Of a stretch of DNA of 64,000 nucleotides, positions 51,936 to 64,000 are shown piece after piece. Within the stretch, counting starts at the first letter, position 1, and every line of letters starts with the position of its first letter. Source of the DNA: Chiloscyllium plagiosum (taxonomy: Eukaryota); the NCBI RefSeq assembly GCF_004010195.1, contig NC_057718.1, positions 57,427,023 through 57,491,022 on the forward strand. Reading direction: 5' to 3'. A program made the translations under genes and the position numbers. Below the pieces are notes generated by a model. It made no database searches. It was not told the origin of the DNA and worked only from the letters and a program-made list of their open reading frames with translations.

Positions 51936-52259
51936 TATAGCAACTTAGGCCTAAGATTATCCATTTTGGTGTTAAATTGTGGCAGTGGGCATCTTGGCTG
52001 GCATTACATCTATTAATGTTGAGGGTGAATTAAATGATTATCACCTCATTGCTTGTGCAAGCATGATGTTGCATGAATGCTCAGCAAATGACATTGGGTG
52101 AGTCAGAATGTATTCCCCACCCCTGGTAGAACTTGTCAGGGTAATAATTTCTATATTTAAGGCTAACGAAACACCAGGTCACTTGCTGCAAACCAGTGGC
52201 TTGCACTTAGCCTGGGTGGTTACAGATCATCTGTCATAAGAAGCAGATGCTCACCCATC

Positions 52260-53200
52260 ATTTTAATGACTTTTGGTTATAGGAACTCGTGGATAGAATA
52301 TGGGACAAAAGGGACATTATGCTCCTGGGAGATGGCCTCAAGAGGCCATCTTATCAAACTGCCCAGCCTCGACCAAGTTGCATGGGTCAATGCCAATGCC
52401 ACATCCGAGTTGCAAGAAAATGAATAATCTGCTGTTCTCCATTAGGATAAGTGACACCATCTTCTCTGTGCATAATCACATTCACAGGAGCATCACTCAA
52501 TGAAACTCTGCCACTGCACAGGTATATCACACATAGTATAGCTTGTAAGCCTCAGCAGCATGTGCATGATACACACTCAAATCATTGCTCTCAAACTATT
52601 AACCCATCCTGGGTAATGCACCTCCTACTCATTGTATGGTTATGCATGTTCCCAAATTGCTCTTGCACCAGTGTCACCACATTCAATCCTTCTCTTTATC
52701 TCATTGCAGAAAAAGCTGACTTACAATCACATAGAGAGGGCCAAGACTGGAGGAGAGGAGCTGGATATAAATATTCTCACCCCTCTGAGGTACGACAAGA
52801 CCAGGACCATTCCGATAGGGATGAGAAGACAGAAATGGACCAGAAACCCAAGAAGAATTACATCCTGCTCTAGTAGGATATGCAAAAATGCATATATATT
52901 ATTCTGTGTCCGCCATTGTGCTTCTTCACCAACTGATTCTTGCTCTTCTTTTCTACAGACACTAATGGCACTCAGGAAATAACTGAGCAAAAGCGACACA
53001 GCTTGGGCCCCTCAAAGTTGGCACGAACTCGGAGGAGGAAGCCTGTCAATCTTCAGAGGGTGTACCAGCAAGGTATTCACCTGCACCCTCCACCAGTACA
53101 GAGATAGTCATCTTGATGGGTACCCGAGTTAGATTAGACTCAGAGACACAATCTGGTGAGCATCACATCACTGACCCGTGTGTTTTTCTTTCCCCCCTAC
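52260..53200 (+). mobile_element. Harbinger-associated Myb/SANT-like gene remnant with intron
   Basis: SCKKMNNLL, a decayed donor at ~52447, the acceptor TTTATCTCATTGCAG ending 52709, then KKLTYNHIERAKTGGEELDINILTP. Confidence 0.6.
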
Positions 53201-53484
53201 AGCTTAAGATGGAGGGACACATTTTGACATTGAGTTTATAACTTAGGCAAATTCATATTTCTGGAGTGCATGCAGATATGGAAGTGTGGATGTGATAGTG
53301 GAGTGTGCCTGTGTCTGCTTTAAAACATATAAGTTTAAGTTGCAGATCTAGGTAAAGTAATTAATGTTGGAATTTTATTACATCTTATTACTCTCCCAGA
53401 TAATAGAAAAGAGTTACAGTGAAATACAAATTGTTTAAAGGATCATGAGGTCATAGTGCTCTGTTTCTTTAAAGAGCTATTAAA

Positions 53485-54108
53485 ACATTTGGTACCCTGC
53501 CTTTATTGCTCAGTCTTTTGAGTATAGGAGTTGGGAAGTCGTGTTGAAGTTCTGCAAGACATTAGTGAGGCCTCTTCTGGAGTATTGTGTCCAGTTCTGG
53601 TTGTCCAGTTATAGGTAAGGTATTATCAAGCTGAACAGGGTTCAGAAGAGATTTACCAGGATGTTGCCAGATATGAGAAGTTTGAGTTATAAAGAAAGGC
53701 TGGATCAGCTGAGACCTTTTTCACTGGCTTGTTGAGGAGGTTGAGAGGCAATCTAGTAGAAATTTATCAAATAATGAGAGGTATAGATAGAGTTAGTGGT
53801 AGTTGTCTTTTCCATAGAATGGGGGATTTCAAGAGTAGGGATCACCTTTTTTTGGGTGAGAGGGAAGGAATTTAAAAAAGACATGAGAGGCATTTTTTTT
53901 ACACAGAGGGTAGCTTGCACATGGAATGAACATCCTGAGGTTGTGGGTACAATTACATCTTTTAAAAGTTATTTGGATAGATAGATGAATAGGAAAGGTT
54001 TGGAGGGATATGGACCAGGAGCAGCAGGTTATGCTTGTTTAGGATCATATTTGGCATGGACTGGTTGGATGAAAGAATCTGTTTCCATGCTGTATGATTC
54101 TATGACTA
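53485..54108 (+). mobile_element. CR1 3' fragment
   Basis: LVRPLLEYCVQFW and a TATGATTCTATGA tail. Confidence 0.85.
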
Positions 54109-55546
54109 TTTGAGATTTTGTTTGGAGTTAGAATGTTAAATGTTTTCTTGTGAGAGATTGCTTCTTAGTTTTTAATTACAGTTGTATAAAAACCAATTGA
54201 AGAATGAAAAATGAACACAAATAAGATAATTTATTTCCAGTTGTTCCTAAAATCATGTAGTGTTGGTTTTATATTTAGTTTAAGGAAACAGTTTTAGTTA
54301 AATGGTTAATTTCAGAACTTTAAAGATTTTATTGTTATATTTAGAATTTAATGTTTTGGCCAGAGTGAACTTCCAAGTAAAATTTAACATGTGAGTTAAT
54401 GTTTAACTCTGGATAATAAGGTTTGCTCGTAATAAATGTGTATTGCTGTGAATTGGTACTTTACAGAAAATAAGGAAAACTTGGAATTTATGACATCGGA
54501 GAGGTAACTTTCTTTGAACAAAAGCTATCTGAAAATATGTTCTGATATCTGAGAAAGGTGATATCAAAAAGTTAGAAACAAAAAGAAAACAAAATCCAAC
54601 AAGAGATGTAGTTTTTCCTTTGTTCAGGAAACAAAGCACACTGACAAAGCTTTTCTTTTTGTCTGAAAGAAAGAGGGGATGATGATTATAATTATGTCCA
54701 AGATTTTTGCCCCTCCCCACCTTTAAATGTGCAGAGAATTAACTGCTTGGCTGAAATTGACTGCACAACTCTTAGAATTTATCTTGTCCAATATGTCCTA
54801 AATATTTAATTTGTGAGTTGTCAAAGATGTTTGATTAATCGACCCATTCTCCCTGAAGTGGGATAGATAGGTCTTTCTTTTGTTTCTCATTACTTTCAAA
54901 AATTTCTGAATCTGTGTGCAGACTTTCACACACAATGACGGACTAAAAGGCTTTGATCTTTTGAAAAGGAAGCATCCTTACCAATCCAAGCGGTTTGTTG
55001 ACTATTTATTGTAATTTGGACAACGCTGTTGGCGTTCAATTGTATTGCAAACCAGCCGTCCAGCCAACTGATCTTAACTGACCCCAACCAGGTTGGTTAC
55101 CATGAAGTCCCACCCTCTCAATCTCATACCTCTCATGACATATGGTCACCCTCAAGTTCAACCACCACCAGGTATCTATATTAAAATAGAGTAGCCATAT
55201 GATCCTCTGGACTATGTTATTGGAAAGGGACACAGATTATCAGTGTGAAATCAGTTAACTTTAAAATCTCCTACAGGTTTATTTAACAGCCCAGACTACT
55301 GTTTGCAGATACATAGTTACATACTTGATACAAAGTTACCTGTATGAAGTCATATGCCTGTATTTTTACAAGATGTCATGTGGCATAGATGGTGCACTTG
55401 TCAGTGATTTGTGTTAGATAATTTCCAACCGTTTGTGATCAATTTCCACAATGAATTGCTTACTGATTAGCTATGTATGGAAACTTTTGATACCAAACAC
55501 TAGAGCAAGTTTTTCATGCTCTATGTTGAAATACTTGAATTGCTCT

Positions 55547-55700
55547 TAGAGTCATAGAGTCATAGAGACGTACAGCATGGAAACAGACCCTTCGGTTCAA
55601 CCTGTCCATGCCGACCAGATATCCCAACCCAATCTAGTCCCACCTGCGAGCACCCAGCCCATATCCCTCCAAACCCTTCCTATTCATATACCCATCTAAT
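55547..55700 (-). mobile_element. CR1 3' terminal fragment
   Basis: Reverse complement of 5380-5525 with a (CATAGAGT)n tail. Confidence 0.85.
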
Positions 55701-56017
55701 GCACTTTCAGATTTAAATGGTTTATCATGTTGGATGGTACGTGCTGCTTTCTGAGATGTATGCTTTTGAAGTAGTTTCTCAGAGCAGCATGTCCTGGAAC
55801 TGACCAGAGAGCAGGACTTGGTATTGTGTCATCTGATTGGACTAATTAATGACCTCAGAGTAAAGGCACACCAAGGAATTTTACTAAAAGTTTGAAGGAG
55901 AGAAGAATGAATCCCAGACTAGGTTTTAATTATAAAAACTTCAAAACAGAACAACTATGTGGGCATGAGAGCCAAGCTAGCTGAAGAGAACTGGGATATT
56001 AGGCTAGGAAATGGATT

Positions 56018-56830
56018 AGGAGAAAGTGAGGACTGCAGATGCTGGAGCTGAGAGTCGAAAAGTGTGGTGCTGGAAAAGCACAGCAGGTCAGGCAGAATCT
56101 GAGGAGCAGGAGAATCAATGTTTTAGGCATAAGCCCTTCAGCAGGAATGTGGAGGGTGAGGGGAAGGGGCCAAGAGTTAAATAGGAACTGGGGAGATGGT
56201 AGCTGGGAAGGTGATAGGTGCAGGTAGAGGATGTGACGGTGGAAGATTGGAGCGGCTCCCGGAGCAGATAGGTGGGAAGGAAGATGGACAGGTGGGACAG
56301 TTCAAGTGGATGGGTCGTGTTGGAGCTTTGGAGCTGGGTTGAGATGGGGGGAGAGGAGATTAAGAACTTGGTGAAATGAATGTTGATGCCATGTGGTTGG
56401 AAGGTCCCAAGGCAAAACATAAGGTGTTCTTCCTCCAGGCATTGTGCTGGCTAGGATTTGGCAGTTGAGGAGGCTCAGAATTTGCATGTCCTTGGCGGAG
56501 TGGGAGGGGGAGTTGAAGTGATCAGCCACAGGCCGATGGGGATGTTTGGTACGTGTGTCCCAGAGATGTTGTCTGAAATGTTCCACTAGTTGCTGTCCTG
56601 TCTCCCCAGTGTAGAGGAGACCATATTGAGAGCAATGGGCAAAGATGAGATGTTTGGATGTGCAGGAAAATCTCTGTTGGAAGTGGAAAGATCCTTGGGT
56701 GCCTTGGATGGAGGTGAGTGGGGAGGTGTAGGTGCAGGTTTTACACCTCTTGCAGGAGCAAGGGAAGGTGCTGGTAGTGGAGGGTGGGTTGGTGGAGGGG
56801 CGTGGACCTAACAAGGGAGTCACGGAATTC
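56018..56830 (-). mobile_element. Penelope-like element (GIY-YIG and terminal repeat)
   Basis: FPCSCKRCKTC...FSCTS...LLYTGETG...PVADHFN, with a decayed hammerhead at ~56115-56146. Confidence 0.9.
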
Positions 56831-57502
56831 TGATAGGGTGGGGTAAGAAATGTCCAAAAGCATGTTTCCTGGGTGGAATATGCTGACATTGAAGACTGTA
56901 TGTTATGAGAAAAGGGATGATGTCCAAGTGGGTGCCCGAAACATCTACAAGTGTGGTAGAAGCCAAGCTGCTCATGTTGCTTCTGTTCATAGTCAACATT
57001 GAAATCACTTGACTGTTGAAGAATTTGAGTTGTACAGTCTGAAAGTACTGATTATTGGGAAAATTCAATGCTGTAACAATGTTGCTTCCAAATCACAGGA
57101 TTGCTGCTTTAAATTGACATGGCATTACTTAGATTTTGTTTCCAGCAGTATATGCTTATCTCATGTGGCAATGCTTATGATATAAAATGTTATATATAAA
57201 ACATGTTATGATATATCAACAATGTAACTTAAGAAACTGTGATGTTGGTAATATGAAAACTCTAGTGGGCATTACTTACAGTAGACCAATACATATAAAT
57301 ATTATATTCAAAGGCACTTCCATGTCTGCGCTAACAATAAGATAAATATGCTTTCATCAACATGTCATGCTTCAGGCGCCCTGAGTTAAGATGGAATATG
57401 TGATTTTTTGATCCTCAGGTCATATGCTATGATATAGCAGTGATATCATGAACATGTCTCTTAAAGGTATACTTATATTTTAACTGTGAGACATAACATT
57501 TA

Positions 57503-57865
57503 GGATGGTACGGTGGCTCAGTGGTTAGCACTGCTGCCTCACAGCACCAGGGACCCAGTTTCCATTCCAGCCTTGGGTCACTGTCTGTGTGGAGTTTGCA
57601 CATTCTCCTCGTGTTGGTGTGGGTTTTCTTTGGGTGCTCTGGTTTCCTCCCACAATCCAAAGATGTGCAGGTTAGGTGAATTGGCCACACTAAATTGCCC
57701 ATAGTGTTCACGAATGTGTAGTTTAGGTGCATTAGCCAGGGCTAAATATGAGGAATGAGTGTGGATGGATCAGTTTTAGGAGGGTTGGTGTGGACTTGTT
57801 GGGCTGAAGGGGCTGTTTCCACACTGTAGGATTTCTATGATTCTAACAGGATTCTATGATTCTAA
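57503..57865 (+). mobile_element. HE1-like SINE
   Basis: tRNA head and core present, with a (TTCTATGA)n-type tail. Confidence 0.88.
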
Positions 57866-58460
57866 CACAAGATATATGGCTCAGAAATAGACCATTTGGT
57901 ACGAGGTAGGGAGGGACTGTCTTATAAAGAGAGGTTGAGTAGTATTGGGCCTGTACTGTTGGAATTCAGAAGAAAGAGTGGTGACCTGACTGAAACATAT
58001 TCAATTCTTATGGGACTCAATAGGGTAGACTTAGAAAGTTGTTTCCCCTTGAGTGAGTTAGGATGGAAGGCTTTATCTCAGAATAGGCTCAGGAACAACC
58101 CAGTCTACACCTGAGCCTCTTCCCATCTTTCCTCACTGAAATCCATCATCTCAATCCTTTCTGTCTTCTCCCTCTGATGATTGCACAATTTCTCCTTTAA
58201 ATGCATCTACATTTGTTTCAACCACTTACTGTAGTAGTGAGATCTACATTCTCACCTCTCTTTGGATAAAACATTTTCTGATGACTTTTCCCTTGGATTC
58301 CTTGATGACTATCTAATGACCTCTTTTCCCCACAGATCTAATCAAGCTGTCTGTATCCACTCAACCAAAACCTTTCATAATTTTAATGATCTCTAGTAGG
58401 ACATTGTTCAGCCTTTATTTTTCAAGAAAAAAACGATATAACCTGCTCACTCTTCTGGTA

Positions 58461-59093
58461 CAGATAGGTCTCCTATAACATGGTAGTTGTGCTCCTGTGT
58501 GACACCGTGTTATAGAAAATTGTGCTTAGAAATAATGGGGTCTATGGGACAAACAGGATTAGAGGCAAACCGCCAAAAATATCAGTAAAAATCGAAACAA
58601 AAATAGTAGTTAGCCTTACACAATGGATAGGACAGTCTAAGCAAATGTTTAAATCATATATTTTAATGAGATAAGACAGTAAATGTAATACTTTAACACT
58701 AAAATCACTGACTACAGAACTGTAGTCATGAAGCTCTTCACCAGAAAGCATGCGAGCTGACTGACCATGTAATGTCAATGTGGAAGTCTAGTCCTCCTCA
58801 AGATTCTTCCCTGATTTGAAATGAAATTCCTTCTAATTGTAGACTACAATTCCCAGTTTCAAGCTAAGTTTCAAGGCTTGTAAAGCTAATTGCATTCCTC
58901 TGTTAGCTGAACACACTGATTTTGTATTTGCAGACAAGATGCTAAGGCTGCGTTTTGCTGTTCAGGTGAGTGCCGGGGATGGAATCACATAACAACGAAC
59001 CAGAGTTCGCTTTATAAAAAAAAGTCTACGATTCACTAATTACGTTACAGACAAATTATGTTTAATAAACACGCTTTCTCAAACAACTATCTA
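58461..59093 (+). mobile_element. Tc1/pogo-type MITE, near full length
   Basis: TA followed by CAGATAGGTCTCCTATAAC at the left end, and a decayed right TIR AACTATCTA followed by TA. Its homologue is at 31696-32118. Confidence 0.7.
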
Positions 59094-60059
59094 TATAATC
59101 TTTAAAGGTCTTCTCTGCACAGTACAGGAACTTTGAACTCATACTGGCCTTCATAATTTTGAGTCTTTTAGTCAGGTAGGAATCCATTTAACTGTACTTT
59201 CAATCATACAGTTGAGGAAGCAGCATAACAACGACATGCTGTCTCCATCAGAACAAATCGAAGCTGTGAATCACAGATCGTGATCTTCAACCCTATTTTC
59301 AGGTCTTACTTAATTTATCTGCAACTTCCCCACATCTGCCCCATTGTCTCCCATATTAGAGTGAATTCAAAACATCCTCACAAGGTTAAGGAAAGTCCAT
59401 GAATATGTATGTGAGAGTTTGGTGTGAGAAGGGTGTATTTTGTCAGAGATACTAATGTCACTGCACCATCTTTAAAATCTGGAAGCTACATTTTGTAGCA
59501 TAATAGCTCCAAACTTTATAAAAGGCTACTTAATCTGGTGTGGTGCCCCAAAAGTGAGAGTACTGCTTTCCAAATTTGTCTAGGACTTACCTTGCATTAA
59601 ATGACAAGAATGTGGCATCAGGTAATTCACAAAAGTTGCAGCTAGAGAAAGAGAGAATGGGTAAACACGTTACCTTCCAAATGGAGATAGAGGACAAGGC
59701 TGATCTTGGATTGAAGTATGGGGGCCCTGAGCTCATGTGCACTTGTCTGATGAAAAGGATGTTTGAGGAATATAACACTTTAGTGCAGAATCTGAGGTTA
59801 GTTTTCACAGATTTGTTGTAATTGACAGTTGTGTGCCTGGAGGCGACCACTCTGATTTATACAATCATCTGAGAAACTGTTTATTCATTGCAAATATCCA
59901 TGGCATATGCAGCTGTTTCATTGGAAACTGCACACGACTCTAGTCTCAGAGGAAGCCCAGAAAAGCCAGTGCCTCTTCCTTTAACTTGCCCATGTTTCCA
60001 TTGTTGACAAGGCCAGCATTTAGTGTCCACCCTAACTGACTTTGATAACTTGAGATTGA

Positions 60060-60800
60060 TCTGCATTCTTGAATCTCTTCAGTATACACGGTCTAGTTAT
60101 ACCCACAATATTGTTAGGGGGAAGTGGCAGAATGTTGACCTAAAAATCATGAGCAAACCATAATGTATTTATAAATCAAAATTATGCTCAACTTGGAGAG
60201 GACTTTGAAGGGGCAAGTGACCCCATATGTCTGCTGCTCTTGTTGTTCTTGGTGGTGGGGTCTATGGGTTTGGCAAGTGCTGCCAAAGAAACCTTGGTAA
60301 GTTGCCACTGTGCATCCTGGAGATTTCACACAATGAGCCACTGTGTGCTGCTGCTGAAGGTTTGAGGTGGTGAATGAGTGCCAATTAAGCAGGCTGCTTT
60401 CACCTAAATGGTGTTGAGCTCCTTGAGATTTGTTAGAACTGCATTCAGCTAGGTAGATGAGTACTATATCACAATCCAAATATGAGCTTTGTAGGTTGGA
60501 CAGGCTTTGGAGAGTCAGGAAATGAGTTACTGAAAAATTCCTAGCCTCTGACCTGCTCTTGTAGTCGCAGTATTCATGTTTCTGGCTTTGTTAATCTTCT
60601 GACCAATGATAAATTGCCAGGACATTGATTTTGGGAGTCCAGTAGTAATAGTGCCAATGAATATCAAAGTGGACAGTTTAGATTCTCTGTTGTATGAAAT
60701 GGTCATTGCTTTGCATTGTGTTATGCAACTGTTAATTGCCACCTGTCAGCTAAGACTGAATATTATTCAGGGTCTTGCTGCATTCAGGTATGGATTACTT
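60060..60800 (-). mobile_element. Old CR1/L2-like LINE 3' region
   Basis: Minus-strand ATTRAGQRLGI and KCxAMTIS-like RT C-terminal remnants. Confidence 0.6.
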
Positions 60801-61554
60801 CATTATTTCCTTTATTAGAAACACAAAGTGTGCATTTTGTAGTTGAACTTAGGGCTTTCCTTTAAGCCTGTCACTGAGAACTTCCAGATTCTGTTAATTG
60901 CCATCAGAACAGTGATACTGCTGTTTAACGGGGACATAATTTGAGGGCTCAGTGGACTGCAATATGTATGAGGTTACCATTTCTCCTTGTTGATAATATT
61001 ATATGCATTATTTTTTAAAGTGTTGTTGGATGACACTCCTGACCCATCCTGGATGAATAAACTGTTGCATTTTGTGGAACTATATGGGTACCAATGTGTC
61101 ATGTGTGTATAGAGTGCTACAAATGTTTGTGGTTGCTTAAGATGTATTTTTGTTCTATATATTAAAGTGAAGTTTACCTTTTCATTTGGAGTAACATTTG
61201 TTTGTTAATTGATGTGGTAATTTGCATTATTTGTGTTTTATGTCAAAGTTAAAAATGTGAGTTCTGGTTCATTCAGGTCATTTTGGTTTCTTTCTTTGTG
61301 ATGGAGAGAAACCGTAAAACCATGATTATCTCTTGGGATTGAGGAGTCCTTTGCCTCCCAATGGCTAGATCCTAAAATGGACCAGACACAAGGTCTCCTA
61401 TTTCTGCAACTGCATGGGTAACTGGTTCTGCCTGATTTCTGGCAAATGTACAGAGTGGGCTGGGAGGAGTTCATAAATATAGCTTCTAAATCCCAACATT
61501 TTCCTGGTGAATCTATTTGCTACACTATCTCTTGCTGAAATATTGCCTTTTAAA

Positions 61555-63030
61555 ATATACCAAGGCTTCTCTTATGCAGAGTCTGCTGCATAATATAAAA
61601 ATGCATGGCGTTACAGGTAAAGGATTAGCATGGATAGAGGATTGGTTTACTAACAGGAAGCAAAGAGTGGGGATAAATGAGTGGCATTCTGCTTGGTAAT
61701 CAGTAACTACTGGTTTGCCTCAGGGATCAGTGTTGGGACCGCAGTTATTCACAATTTACATAGCTGATTTGGAGTTGGGGACCTTGTGTAGCGTGTCAAA
61801 GTTTGCAGATGACATTAAGATGAGTGGCAGAGCAAAATGTGCAGAGGATTATGAAACTTTGCAGAGGAACATAGATATCTTAAGTGAGTGGGCATAGGTC
61901 TGGCAGATGGAGTACAATACTAATAAATGTGAAGTAATCCATTTTGGTAGAATAACAGTAAAAAGGACAATAACTTGAAAGATAAAAGGTTCTAGCCTGC
62001 TGCTTTGCAGAGGGGCCTGGATGTCCTTGTGCATGAATCACAAAGTCTGCAGGTACAACAAGTAATTAGGAAGGTAAGTGCGGTCATGGTGGCTCAGTGG
62101 TTAGCACTGCTGCCGCACAGCACCAGAGTCCCATGTTTGATTCCAGCCTTGGGCGACTGTCTGTGTGGAGTTTGCACATTCTCTGCGTGGGTTTCCTCTG
62201 GGTGCTCCGGTTTCCTCCCACAGTCCAAAGATGTGCATGTCAGGTGAATTGGCCATGCTAAATTGCCCATAGTGTTAGGTTAATTAGTCAGAGGGAAATG
62301 GGTCTGGGTGGGTTACTCTTTGGAGGGTCGGTGTGGACTGGTTGGGCCGCTGGGCCAGATCCCACACTGTCGGTAATCTAATCTAATCTAATCTAATCAT
62401 TACTAAAGGGATTGAGTTTAAAAGCAGGGAGGTTATATTGTAGCTGTATAGGATGCTGTCGAGGCCACACCTGGAGGAATGTGTGCAGTTTTGATCTCCG
62501 TATTTGAGAAAGGATGTACTGGCACTAGAAGTGTGCAGAGGAGGTTCACTAGGTTGATTCCGGATTTGAGTGGGTTGGCTTATGAGGAGAGACTGTGTAG
62601 ACTGGGATATATTCATTGGAATTAATAACAATAAAGGTAGAATCTCATAGAAACATATAAAATTATGAAGGAAATAGATAGACTTAGAGAGGATGTTTCC
62701 ACTGGCGGGTGAAACTAGGACAAGAGGGTTTAGCCTCAAAATTAGGGAGCAGATTTAGAACTAAATTGAGAATGAACCTCTTCACCCAGAAAGTTGTGAA
62801 TCTATAGAATTCCTTGTCCAGTGAAGATGCTACTTCAGTAAATATTTTTAAAGCTAAGAGATTTTTTTGAATGATAAAGGAATTAAGGGTTACGGTGAGA
62901 GGGCGGGTAAGTGGAGCTGCGGCCACAAAAACATCATCTGTGATCTCTATGACCTTATTGAATGGTGGAGCAGGTTCAAAGTGCCAGACGGCCTACTCCT
63001 GCTCCTAGTTCTTATATTCTTATGTTCTCA
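61555..63030 (+). mobile_element. CR1 LINE RT and 3' end interrupted by a SINE
   Basis: PQGSVLGPQLF, SKFADD and a 3' UTR ending TTCTTATGTTCT. Confidence 0.9.
62080..62398 (+). mobile_element. HE1-like SINE nested in CR1
   Basis: SINE head, core and (TCTAA)n tail. Confidence 0.9.
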
Positions 63031-63559
63031 ATTCTTGATTTTGTTGCATTTTCAGGGAATGATGTTTTTGAACCAAAATGTTGCTGGGTCGCTTCTGGCT
63101 ACATTGAAAACTGACATATTGCCCATCTGTCATGAGACTTCTTTGCACACTTATTAGCCAACTTCAACAATTTCTTACATGTGACTGTCATAATCAGATG
63201 TCAAAGAATTCCATTGTAAGTGATGATCCTGGAATGATACTTTTCCCACTAATATGCAAGTCAAGTTAAAGCTTAGGAATGCACTTAATAGATGTACACT
63301 TCATTGAAATGACATTGTAAAAAACAGGAAGCACCATTTTCTTTACACAGTGAGCTGTTAACATCTGGGATACACTGCCTGAAAGGATGGTTGAAAGTGA
63401 TTTAGTGGGAATGTTCACACAAATTGAAAAGACCTGGTATGTTATCGTAGTGATTAATGATTATTCATATGTGAAAGACAGTTGAATCCAGTAGAGCTAA
63501 CAAACATAAAATATATACTTTACAAATTTTCTGCATCACTGCAGTATCCTTTTTTGTGG

Positions 63560-64000
63560 TTCAATTAACATCTTCAGTCATCACTGATCGTCTTATGGGG
63601 TGGCTCCAGAAGACTGGATTGCAAATGTTACACTTCTGTTTTAAAAAAAGGAGAGAGGTAAATCTGCAAACTACTGGATGTTTGTGGTCCGATAACTTTT
63701 GGACTTAATAATCTGACACAAGCTTATGTAGAGAACAATGAACTAGCAAACTGTATTCAGCACAGATTTGTTAAATACAACTTGTGTTTGATTGACTGGA
63801 TCAAATTCATTGATGTAACTGAGAATGATGATTAGGTAACGTTGGACATATAGACTTTCAAATGGCATTTGACAAAGTACTACATAATAAATTTGCTCGT
63901 TATTTTAAATTCCATGAGATTTGTCAGATACATTAGGGACATTTAAGTGACTCTTGGATAGGCACATGGAAGATAGTACAATGAAGGGTGTGTAGGTTAG
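63560..64000 (+). mobile_element. Decayed CR1 fragments
   Basis: PEDW/DFQMAFDKV-like remnants; the last ~75 bp resemble 1822-1900. Confidence 0.65.

Noticed and set aside
54467..54503. Possible 37-nt exon (TTTACAG|…ENKENLEFMTSER…|GTAACT)
   Set aside because: The polypyrimidine tract and donor are weak, I recognise no protein, and there are no partner exons.

Overview
This is vertebrate genomic DNA made almost entirely of transposable-element remains, with three N-gaps (4326-5198, 37165-37571, 50704-50762). The repeat set (HE1-type tRNA SINEs with (TCTAA)n tails, CR1, Penelope-like elements, Tx1, Rex/Babar, Harbinger, pogo) points to a cartilaginous fish such as a shark; this is an inference. 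I found no supportable host protein-coding exon. The centrepiece is a minus-strand class I (gamma/epsilon-like) endogenous retrovirus at 34141-41916. It has a 4-bp GTAG target-site duplication (TSD), a tRNA-Pro primer-binding site, a polypurine tract (PPT), gag, a UAG-readthrough pseudoknot and env. Its RT, RNase H and integrase core are cleanly deleted, fusing the protease N-terminus in frame to the integrase C-terminal domain. It also carries a ~1.8-kb internal duplication, a second relic gag fragment in its leader, and a 97-bp hammerhead-ribozyme-bearing insertion in env. Other highlights are many Penelope-borne hammerhead motifs, ETS-CRE-like tandem arrays in Penelope terminal repeats, and a very old Gmr1-like gag-protease element. 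Family assignments come from manual translation and motif recognition, and percentages are hand counts.
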